This document shows, piece after piece, positions 33,944 through 44,193 of a stretch of DNA of 64,000 nucleotides. Position numbers and translations under genes: made by a program. Origin of the DNA: Craspedostauros australis (lineage: Eukaryota); the NCBI GenBank assembly GCA_030167865.1, contig JALAGF010003814.1:1-64000 (forward strand). The letters are read 5' to 3'. The notes beneath the pieces are model-generated. The model did no database searches. It saw only the letters and a program-made list of their open reading frames with translations, and was not told the origin of the DNA. The stretch's first letter is position 1. Every line of letters begins with the position of its first letter.

Positions 33944-35656
33944 ATGTCCCAAAGATCACACAATCGATCAAAGAAGCCAGTCGGCGAGACGGAAGTGATC
34001 TCGTTGCTGGATTCGCCTGGAGGTTCCGAGCAATCCAGCGCGGACGACGGTGAGTATTCCGAAGCAGTTCGCCAGTCGCAGGACATACCTTCGATTCCAT
34101 CTTCCTTGCAATCCCCGCTGCACGAGATGGAAGATCTGCGCACGCCAGAAGAGCGGCGGTGTCGTCCCTCATTATCATCGATGGCTGCGACGTTACCGAG
34201 TGAACTGATAAGAGCCGCCTCGGTCTCATCCAAACGGACAACCACCAAAAACAGTGATGCGCATGACGATGACGATGATGATGATGATGAGGACTATGAT
34301 GATGAAAACTATGCGCCCATGGATATAGAGATGGAGGATGTCAACAACAGCCCTTCCAGCAATGAAAGCGACTGCGTCCAACATCTGAAAGATGATAGCA
34401 ACTACGAGTATGGCGACGATGGAGATGACGATGATATTGATGATGATGATGATGAGGAGGACAACGATGATGAGGATAACGAGGAGGAAGAGATTGAGTG
34501 CGTTGGTGTGAAGTTTGCGACGCCACAGCCCATCAGCAACTTCGAGCAACCTCGCAGACATCGTGACGATGATGAACACGGTGACGAGCGACCGCCCAAG
34601 CAGCGCCGCACAGATCCATACGTACCATCTTTCATGGACAATGCACTCGCGCAACAGCAAGTACGAGAGGAACCATCGGAGTATTCGCAACTCGCAATGA
34701 TGTCAGAGGACGAGCAAATCGCAATGGCGATAGCGGCATCGCAGGAAGGTGCTGCTGCGAGCATCCCGTCTTCGCTTCCGCAAGCTTGTGCTCGTTCATC
34801 TCCGGACACGGAACAAGCCGCGGCAGTTGGGACAGCAGTTGTATCACAGACACCCGCGGGTTTCATGGGTGGCGGGATTGACAGGAGCATTGATTGCGAT
34901 GCAGATAGTGCCGCCGATGCGAAGCTCCCACCAAATCCGCGCAGATCTCACCAAAACCCGACACCGGCATCGAGCAATGAAGACAGTGTCAGTAGCCGCC
35001 GTACGAGTAGAGCAAGTCGAACTAACCCCTTCCCCAATGCACCACGACCACGATCGTCGAGACGGCATCATAACGCGAGCACGCGTGCAGAACGACAGAT
35101 GCAACGACTGGGACACCGCGACAACGAACGCAAGGCAACCGAGCGCGACATGCAGCACGCCATCGCTGCCTCCAACCGCATGGTGCGCGACGAGCAGGAT
35201 GCCGAGTACTACAATAGCCTGAGACAGGATAGAGAAAAGGAGGAGCAGAAGAAGGCCGCGAAGCAGAGAGAAGAAGAAGAAGCGCAGATACAACAAATTC
35301 TGGCGCAATCGGCCAAGGAAGAAGCTGCGCGACGCCGTGAAAAGGCTCTTGAATCATTGCCGCAAGAGCCAGCGGCGGGGACGAGCGGGATTACGACGAT
35401 CGCATTGAAATTGCCGCGATTCTGCAAGAAACCACGGGTGCAGCGTCGTTTTCCAGCAAGTTTGGACACGGCCGAAGGTATCTACAGCTGGGTGGAGACC
35501 TTGGAGGAGCTGCAGGGTAAGTCATGGCAGCTGGTTCTGCCGGTTGGTCACAAGGTGGTGCATCGCTCTGATAACCTCAAGGATGTTGGGTTGTCGCCAA
35601 GAGGTCTCGTGGTGGTCGAAGTCAATGATGATGAGGATGATGATAACAAGGCGTAA
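33944..35656 (+). CDS. UBX domain-containing protein with ubiquitin-interacting motifs (p97/Cdc48 adaptor), ~570 aa
   Basis: Likely ATG 33944. UIM SEDEQIAMAIAASQE; FAF-like coiled segment RDEQDAEYYNSLRQDREKEE; C-terminal LPQEP..TTIALKLP..VQRRF..NLKDVGLSPRGLVVVE (UBX/ubiquitin-like fold). Confidence 0.85.
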   Translation: MSQRSHNRSKKPVGETEVISLLDSPGGSEQSSADDGEYSEAVRQSQDIPSIPSSLQSPLHEMEDLRTPEERRCRPSLSSMAATLPSELIRAASVSSKRTTTKNSDAHDDDDDDDDEDYDDENYAPMDIEMEDVNNSPSSNESDCVQHLKDDSNYEYGDDGDDDDIDDDDDEEDNDDEDNEEEEIECVGVKFATPQPISNFEQPRRHRDDDEHGDERPPKQRRTDPYVPSFMDNALAQQQVREEPSEYSQLAMMSEDEQIAMAIAASQEGAAASIPSSLPQACARSSPDTEQAAAVGTAVVSQTPAGFMGGGIDRSIDCDADSAADAKLPPNPRRSHQNPTPASSNEDSVSSRRTSRASRTNPFPNAPRPRSSRRHHNASTRAERQMQRLGHRDNERKATERDMQHAIAASNRMVRDEQDAEYYNSLRQDREKEEQKKAAKQREEEEAQIQQILAQSAKEEAARRREKALESLPQEPAAGTSGITTIALKLPRFCKKPRVQRRFPASLDTAEGIYSWVETLEELQGKSWQLVLPVGHKVVHRSDNLKDVGLSPRGLVVVEVNDDEDDDNKA

Positions 35657-36294
35657 AACATGATGGAGGATGAAGAGAACAATGCAGAACACTCTCCAAA
35701 GTCATCAAATAAAATGAGGGAGATTATGATGACTGTCAACCGAATTGGTTCTGGAGGTCGTTGTTGTGGCATCAGATACAATATAATAGCATTTTGGTGC
35801 ATGGCAACAAGCAGCAACCACAGAGACTCTTGGATCGCACTACTCGCACTCGGCCCTCTCTCCTTGTTCTTGTTCTTGTTCAATGGTGCGACTACACTCA
35901 TGCGGGACCTGTTGCTCTTGCCAGAACGTGTTTCGGCAGAAAAATGAGGTCGGATTTGTCACCACAACAGAACTCGCGCGAGAAACGAAAGATACCAAAA
36001 ACAGAACATCAAAACGACATTCGCAGAAAAGCGTGTTGCTGCCGCAGCGATGGCAGCAACAACAACGCAAAAAGAGATGAGGGAGAGAACAAAAACATCA
36101 CCAAACTCTTGGATGTGTTGTGGAACCTCTCACGACAAGAGCGCGCCCACCAGCGCGCCCACGATCCATCAACACCAAGGTGCTGCATCCAATTGCCATC
36201 ATCGCCCATCGTCAACTTCATCATCATCGCCATCGTCACCGTCGTTATCATTGACCGTTGATGCAGGTGTCACACCTGCGCTTTCAGAGGAAGC

Positions 36295-39200
36295 ATGTCG
36301 AATATCGATAGCAACAATAACAAGGCGCGCGGATCCAAATCGTTTGATGGGCGCAGACTGAGGGAACTTTGGATCAGCAGGGTGGAGCTGCAGGCAGGTT
36401 CCTCGACCCTCCATCACTCTCAAGCTCTCCAGCACAACCTTCGTTCAACACACCACAGCAGTGGTTCAGTCAATGCACACCGCGTTACTGGCAAAGACGA
36501 ATCCACACAGCGCATCGATGCACCCATCAATATTGCATCCACAGTTTCGTGCCAACACGATCAACACGCGCATCATACCAGAACTGCCCCCAAATCAACG
36601 TCATCATCGCCACAAGCAACGACAGCATCGACGGCATCATCCTTCCCACTGCAACGATTTCGGCGGCTCGTCGATGATCGAAGCGCTGTCCAATGCTTCG
36701 ATGGAGAGGATGCACGATTACAGCGCAAGATAGATCGTCTGGCCAACTTGAACTTCCCTTCATCTTCAAGACCTGCAGATGCCGGCAGCACGTCGACCAA
36801 CAGCAAGATCACCCATGCAGCGTCCCTACCGGCCTTGGATGCGCTGCGAGAGAAGCAAGCGACCGCGACGCGCAATCCATTCACGCTGATGCTGCCTGCA
36901 AACTTTCAATCGCCGTCCGCGTTGTCAGTACCACAGCTGTGCGCGATGTCACCGTCATCGGTGCAGGGTGGACTGTGCAACGCGTACAGGGATGGGCCTC
37001 TCATGGCAGGATCGTCATCTCTTTCCATCTCTTCAGTATCATCATCCTCTTCATCTTCGTTGTCATCGCCACAGTTGGTAATGTTGCAGAACCTGGCTCG
37101 GTCTCCAAGACCTATCGTGACTATCACAAACGAAGGAACGACGGCTGACGAGAGCCAACGCTCGTTGCCTGCGGGTGATACGCAAGGCGACGGTGGTTGG
37201 GAGGACGGCATGCCGATGGGCCGTTGCTTCGATGAGACGGATGCAATCGCGGCACGCCAGGCGCCTTCTTGCAGGTTGCTCTACATGGTCATGACAGCAT
37301 CCGGACTGATCTTGCTTGGCGCAATGTTGCACAGCGCCACACATCCTACAGCTGTGTGGTCTCAACTAGGGCCCAAACACGAAGTGTTCTTCATGAAAGG
37401 AAATCAGGCAAGTAGGATGGAGATGGCATGGTACGACCCATTCGTGAAGCGTTCTTCCGACTATTTCCACAATGCATCCAGATCATTCCAAGAACATGCG
37501 CTGGGCAAGAAGATCGTTGATCTGGTGGAGTCCATCACCACACACAGTACTAGAGCTATGCTGCTGCAACCACGACCACCTGAAGTTTGGATCCTAACAT
37601 CGGACTGCGCAATTTCAGATCAGACGCAACTGAATACAGAGGATGCGCATGGTGGTCCGCCACCGCGGTTGACAACAAACTCGAGCGCACCGGCAGTGGT
37701 AGGAAGCGACATGGTGCCCTTCTGCCGCACGCGAAGACAAATCTTGCATGTAGAGTCCGTTCATGGTACCACCTTAACGTGGAAGGTGGTGAGTACTGGC
37801 ATGTCAGGACTCTTTCCAAATGCACACGAACTCATCATGGATGAAGGCTGCTCTGACGGCACCATGGAACGGGACCAAGATGAGTTGCTCTGCGAACGGT
37901 CGGAAGCTCTCTCCACATGTGGTGACACCTTTCACGCTCTGCATGGTGCAAGCGCCGTTTCCATCGCGGGAAGCACCTTTGTCGCATTTACAAACTGGGA
38001 TGACGGAATCGTTGAAGGTGTTTGGAGCCACCACTGGTCTTCTTGCTCGTCTGGCAGTGTCCACCACCTGCACAGGCGCTCTCATTATGGCCTGAGCAAC
38101 CAGGTTGACTCGAACAGTATCCTCCAAGCCCCCAACGCAGCAAGCCCTCGATCTTGTGGGACCCATGAAGGTTGCACGACCGCTGTCAGCATCCTTGGAG
38201 CTGCGAACAGTTTCACCAAGAGCGCACGATCGTGTAAGCAGCGTGCCATGTCATTTGACGGCGACGTCTTGACATCCGCCTTCCCATGGCCATTGCCGCC
38301 CGTCAAGAATGACCAAGAAAGATGCACGCATACTTCTACATCAGAAACGTCGGGATGTGTTGGGCATTTCGACGTTCATGACCTCTGCAGGTCCAGCCAT
38401 GACCGAGATGAATCCCTTTCGTTTCATGCGCAGCAACATTGTGACGAGACGAAGCCAAGTCAGCGTTGCGCCAGTCACCAAGACCAACGAAAGTGGATTC
38501 ATGGTGATCATGGTGATGATGATCAGCAGCGGCGTCGATTCCAGCACGGAGCGAATGGGACCACGGCAATCTTGTTCGAGGATGCAATTCAGACGATTGC
38601 ATCCCAGCCTGACGCGTTGTGGTTGGCGCAGACCAACTTTTGCAAGGCAGATCACCAACCTTTGACTGACGAAGCGCCGTCAATACCAAGCATCCAAAGG
38701 TCCTCACCACGGAGCTCGTCGCACCAGCAGGTTCTGGCATACCAAGAACGCACGGGACTGGTTGAAAACAAGCCGACCGTCTCGACGCACCATTGTCATC
38801 GCCCTCACCGTATCCACAATGCAACCGTGCAGACATCGGGAAGAACTGACGCAGGAGATGAACATGAGAGTACCTATCGAATCAACGCACGTCACGAGTT
38901 GAATGTGACGATGACAACAGCTGCTGCCGTTGATGGACATCTGATACTGGCAGATTGCGTACCAGCAGCGTCAACAGCAACAACCAACAACTGGCCTCCG
39001 CAACAAGGGACAAAATGTCGCGATTTGCGCTTTCGGCGCTCCGAACCCGCACAGAAATGGGCAGGCGTTGATCTCAAACAAGCCTATTCGTACCGCGAGG
39101 CAAGGTTCCAGTGGGCGCCTCGTATCCGTGCAAAACAGGCCGAGAGAGACACGGGTACTGGCATTCAAGTCGACAAGAAGGTGCCCAGCCGTTCGTGTTC

Positions 39201-39330
39201 GAAAAACTGGATGTGGTTGTGTGGCACGAAGAATGGATCAAATCCGCGATGCGACATCACGTACACAAACAATTTTGTCAATGACGTGATCCTCAAGGGA
39301 CTTCCGCGCAAAGGCGCCTACGATCTTTAA
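36295..39330 (+). CDS. Hypothetical protein, 1011 aa, one possible TM segment
   Basis: Uninterrupted 1011-codon ATG ORF with hydrophobic stretch LLYMVMTASGLILLGAML. No recognisable domain. Confidence 0.6.
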   Translation: MSNIDSNNNKARGSKSFDGRRLRELWISRVELQAGSSTLHHSQALQHNLRSTHHSSGSVNAHRVTGKDESTQRIDAPINIASTVSCQHDQHAHHTRTAPKSTSSSPQATTASTASSFPLQRFRRLVDDRSAVQCFDGEDARLQRKIDRLANLNFPSSSRPADAGSTSTNSKITHAASLPALDALREKQATATRNPFTLMLPANFQSPSALSVPQLCAMSPSSVQGGLCNAYRDGPLMAGSSSLSISSVSSSSSSSLSSPQLVMLQNLARSPRPIVTITNEGTTADESQRSLPAGDTQGDGGWEDGMPMGRCFDETDAIAARQAPSCRLLYMVMTASGLILLGAMLHSATHPTAVWSQLGPKHEVFFMKGNQASRMEMAWYDPFVKRSSDYFHNASRSFQEHALGKKIVDLVESITTHSTRAMLLQPRPPEVWILTSDCAISDQTQLNTEDAHGGPPPRLTTNSSAPAVVGSDMVPFCRTRRQILHVESVHGTTLTWKVVSTGMSGLFPNAHELIMDEGCSDGTMERDQDELLCERSEALSTCGDTFHALHGASAVSIAGSTFVAFTNWDDGIVEGVWSHHWSSCSSGSVHHLHRRSHYGLSNQVDSNSILQAPNAASPRSCGTHEGCTTAVSILGAANSFTKSARSCKQRAMSFDGDVLTSAFPWPLPPVKNDQERCTHTSTSETSGCVGHFDVHDLCRSSHDRDESLSFHAQQHCDETKPSQRCASHQDQRKWIHGDHGDDDQQRRRFQHGANGTTAILFEDAIQTIASQPDALWLAQTNFCKADHQPLTDEAPSIPSIQRSSPRSSSHQQVLAYQERTGLVENKPTVSTHHCHRPHRIHNATVQTSGRTDAGDEHESTYRINARHELNVTMTTAAAVDGHLILADCVPAASTATTNNWPPQQGTKCRDLRFRRSEPAQKWAGVDLKQAYSYREARFQWAPRIRAKQAERDTGTGIQVDKKVPSRSCSKNWMWLCGTKNGSNPRCDITYTNNFVNDVILKGLPRKGAYDL

Positions 39331-40718
39331 ATAACGCAGAAATACATAGCACGAAACACAAGGAAGGATGCCATCGTACCATCTGCCGTGAGCTATCTGG
39401 CACAACCCGTGCCCATTTTGCGCTGGTTGTTCAGGTGAGTCCTTCACGTGCACTGTTTGATCGGAACGGTCCACACGTCTCGTGCGTCAGTGCCGCTCTC
39501 CTCGTGTGAAGCGTGCGGTGCGACGTAGAATGGCCTACGAATAGTTGCAGCCCTAAATTAAGCCCTTATCTCGCTCAGTAGCGAACGATCCGGCGGACTT
39601 GTCTCATGCGCTTCCACGAAACCGTCAACCACCAACATCGTCACTTGTTTGGCGCGACACGCACACCCCAAGCAGCTGCAACACGATCAGTATCATACGT
39701 GCGCGCTGGGGGGCTCTGTGTAGTTTTCAATGTCGGATTCTTCTGATTGTTTTCTGGTCTATTACCCCTCGACGGCATGTTCTCCCTGCGTGTACGCCTC
39801 GGAGATTGACGACAAACCATTGACAGTTGTGCCTGTGTTGCCAAGATGCAAAGACGAGTACTCGTGGAAACAGCCAAAAAGCTCTCGAGTTTTGTCACGG
39901 CACAGAGAACACACGGAAAATACATGCTTGTTGGTGATCAAGCCAATATACGTAACAATGGCAATGGCAAGCGATAAATGTACATGTTAATTGTTTATAC
40001 CGTACCCCCCACGAATACGCGGATGCTCGCGTAGAGGCGCAACTCCTGCGATTCCTGTGGGAAGGCAAAGAACGGCATGTTCGCTCCCCTGATGCGCTGG
40101 CACCAAGATGACAATCGCCGAAGCGCAAGACACAAGCACACAGTACACGAGTACTCTAGAGTACTTCAGGGATACTTGCAGATCGAACCACAGTACAGAC
40201 TACTCGTTGGAATGCATGAGCTCGTCGTCGTGTCCAACCAAACCAATACCAACAGGCCACTTGCTAAATCTGCTCTCGTCTCTCTGAGGAGATCCTCCTG
40301 AGAGTACGAGCAACTGCGGCACGAGAGCACAGAAATCTCGAGAACGGGGAGCATGTTCCAGTCAGGTTCGTCGGTGGAGTACCCAGGCATTCCATTCATC
40401 ACACCACCGAAAGTCAACTCACTCTAGCGAAAGTTGCTCCTGGATGAAACACAATCTCATCGTTGGAATGGTGATCCTTGCTTGATCGATTGTGCAAAAC
40501 TACGACCTACGATACATTCAACGACGCGTTCACTTCCAAATTGAAAGCACTGCATCCATCGCGAGTGTTGCTCTGCAAGTACAGGCACTCTCTCGTACAG
40601 ATCCGTGCGTTGAGTGAAACAAGCTCACTTGAGGGCCTTCTTGAGCAAACCAGAACAGTTTCAGCAGCAACGACAAAGGTGACGATAGTGACGATAGCGA
40701 CGACGGCGCCTGACATTG

Positions 40719-43200
40719 ATGTCCTCGCAGGATAACCATACGTTTGCATACTCGCACACAACAGACATGCCTTCGCCCCTTGTTCCTACGTCCTCCAGGC
40801 ACACAGATGCGACGATGCAAGCAACAGGGCGTAACGGCTCCACAAATGGGATTCCTCCAGTTGCTGGTCAATCCAACGCCGGCTCCGCACACGCCATGGC
40901 GACCAGTGTGGCTGTTGAAACATACTCGCGGAGCAGTCCGACGAGACATGTGCACAATGGTGAGATGGATGCTGTTTCGTCTTTTTCTTGCTGCTTCAGA
41001 GTGTTTGGAGCTATTTGCACAGCCTTCGTTTGGTGTCGGGAAGAACTGCCCTATTCTTGCAACTTCAATCCAGCCAGCGGCAAGAGTTTGGCTGCTTGGA
41101 CTGTGGGTTTGTGCACTCTCTCTGCAGAATAGAGTATGGAGTTTTACATTCTGCGGCCACCTCTTGTATACTTCGACATCCGTTCTCATTCTCGTTTGCC
41201 CTGCCTTCCTTTCCCCTTTCCTCGCCTCTATTCGTACCTTCTGGTGCGTACGTCTCCGTCATCTTCTTGCTGCATCGACGACTTTCGACCATGTGATGCA
41301 ATGCAATGTAACACCATGCAATACTTCTGACGTTGTCTTGACCATGGCATGTTGGCTGCTGGCTCATACAGACGACGATGCAGCTCATCGGCATGATCAT
41401 GTTGCTCATCGGATGGCGAAGAGAAGAAGGCGAGAATCACCTGTGCCACCGCCCGACGAGTCTCTGTCATCGTCTGCCGGTCCTTCCTTGGATGCATTGC
41501 CTTCAGTAGGCTCAACCATCCTGCAGCAACACCAAATCCTCAACGTAGGCACAGCAGCCATGGTGCCCGCCAACAGCCTCCAGACTGTTCCAGACGCGGT
41601 GAAATCCACCCCATCTGGCCACCAAGCCGATCATCCATCAGCCGAATCTCTCGCCCAGACCGCGGCTGAAGCGCAAAGTCTGCAGACGCAGCCCAGTGTC
41701 ACAGCAGTGCAGCCGCTTTTCTTCACAGCGAACAGTCAGGGGCTGCCTGCGCCAATGCTTCAGCAAGCACAGATCCAACAACCCTACAGCCCTGTTGCGA
41801 ATGCAAGGCTCGTGATGATTAATGCAACCCCGGGCATGGGACAGCAGATTGTGGTTGGCAACAATGGCGCAGTCTTCATGTCGGCGCCCAATCCTTACCC
41901 TCTGACTGATTTGAATATGCCATTCCCAACAGGGCTGCCTGGTCCAGCTGCTCGTCCTGGAGCCCAGCAGACTATACCCGTCATGGATGCTCAGCCTCGG
42001 GTGCCCTCGCGCACACCTGCTGGCCTGCCCATCGCTCCGATCCCAGCCACGACGGCACAGAGGGCCCCTCTGACGGTAGCACCGCATATTCAGTTTGCTC
42101 AGTCACTGTATCAACAGCCCCACCTGCAAACACTGCAGCCTATGCAACCACTACAATATGCGCCGCAATGGCCAGGCTTCGCCTACCCGCAACCAACACC
42201 TCCAGCATTGGTGCCGATACTGCTTGCACAACCGCCGCAAAACTCACAGCCGCCAGGTTTGATATCCCCTCCATTGCGACCACCTGCGAGAATGCCAATA
42301 TCAGCAGCAGCGCGTTTGTCAATTCCAAACGAGTCGATGCAGCAGCAACCATCGACAGCTTCGGATGTGAGGCGCGAACGAACCGAAGATCAGGTCTTGG
42401 CTTCATCCTCACTTCGCAACAGTTCACAGCCGTTAACTCGTAAGCCAACGCCTCGGAAACCGACGAAAAAACGCACCGAGCGTCCTTGCAATCGCGGCAA
42501 CTCACTCTCGTCTGTTCCGTCAGTGCTGAAGACGCCCGAGCCAAGTCAGCCAGGTATCTACAATCATTCTGACTACAAACTTCAGTTGGAATTGACCAAA
42601 CGGCATCTGGCAATAACCGGCTCGTCGTTACCTGGCGCCAGTGGCGGCAAAATAGCGATCCCAACCGTCGACACCCAAATTCGAGATCTGCCGCGTATTC
42701 TCTGCATCCTAGGCGATTACAAACGCCTCGCGCCAAACCAGGTCTTGACCCGCCTCCAGATCGAGGTCTTCATAGCGGGCGAGCACGAGCCAAACGTGCG
42801 TTCCCGTGGCAGAAACAGGCCAATCCTCAGGGGTCAGGTCGGCATGCGGTGCCGCCATTGCAAACACCTATCAACGATCTCGCGCCATCGCGGGGCCACC
42901 TACTTTCCCGCATCTATCCGTGGCATGTACCAGGCAGCACAGAACATGAGCACCTCTCACATGCAGACTGGTATTTGTCAGCAAATGCCTGAGGACATCA
43001 AGCAAGAATTCGCCCGCCTGTCCATGACCAAACGCACCGCTTCGGGTGCAGGGAGGACGTACTGGGCAGAAACCGCCGCCCAGATTGGCCTGGTGGACGT
43101 CGATGACGGAATTCGCTTCATCCACCATCTCACCCAAACGGAGAGGAGCAAGTTGACCAAGGAGGGTCCGCCCCAGCTGAGCATTTACAACTTGAGTTGA
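40719..43200 (+). CDS. Uncharacterised protein with a P/Q-rich region and one CxxC..H..C domain (same family as 28722-30920), ~689 aa
   Basis: Probable exons 40719-40959 and 41372-43200 (GTGAGA..CAG, phase 1 consistent); the start is uncertain. Domain: QIEVF..RGQVGMRCRHC..YFPASIRGMYQAAQNM..SHMQTGIC..YWAETAAQIGL..GIRF. Confidence 0.8.
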
Positions 43201-44193
43201 ATCCTCCTTGATTATCAACACCTCTGAGCATTCGTTGGAGTTACAAGGTCAATCGAAGCATGCTGTCCTCGTAGCAAGACATGAGTGTGGCACTACTTCA
43301 TACCAAAAGGGTAATCGCGTGGTGTCCGTCATCGTGATGGACCAGCCGTTGAGGCATGCATCCGGGAGACCGAGACACAACAGGACTGCCGCGAAAACAC
43401 CAATGATGATGCCTTGGGGAGCGCGATCCTGCAGCATGTTGGTACGTGACCAAGCACAACGCTCAGCCCTCTTGGGTCCAGAGGTGGAAGCACTATCGTA
43501 GCTAGCGAAGGAGTTCGTTGGGAGAAGCAAGTCAGACATGAGTTGGCGCGCAAGGCCAACAATGATGTGACACTTGTCACCGTTACTTGGTGAGCATCTC
43601 GCACGTGCACATGCACTCGCACGTGCACCACGAGTACTCAATGAGCCATGTACAAGCAGTATCCTGTTGATTGCTCTCTATACATACGAGTACTTGCATT
43701 CGTGCCGGGACGCTGGAGAGATGGACCATTGAATGTCGGAAGGCGAACATGCGGGACACCACAAGACAGGAATTCGCAAGGAGAGAAGAAAGTACTCAAC
43801 AGTGCAAGTGCACGAATAATATGTGCGTATTGGCCGAGCACCAACACCGCAGCCGGGCTTTGCCTCATGGCGCAAGAGCGTATCGCATTCTTGTTCTGCG
43901 AACGGCCCTCATCCCTCGTGTGTACTGGCACATGCTCTATGCGCGAGCGCTTGATTGTAGTATACCATACTATTGCACCAATTCCAATGCACGATGGCGC
44001 TCCCACTCAGCGCCTTATTCCCTCTACAGAGAGAGAGAGAGCGATAGCATGGGCTGTGTATTAGGACATAGCACTCTCGTACAAATACTCCACTGGACTC
44101 ACTCTACTGTTGTTTGTCTGTGTCGCCAAGGAGACAGGTGCCATCTGCGGGCAGTTGCAAAACCATTTGATTGAAGTTGACGCATCACACAAA

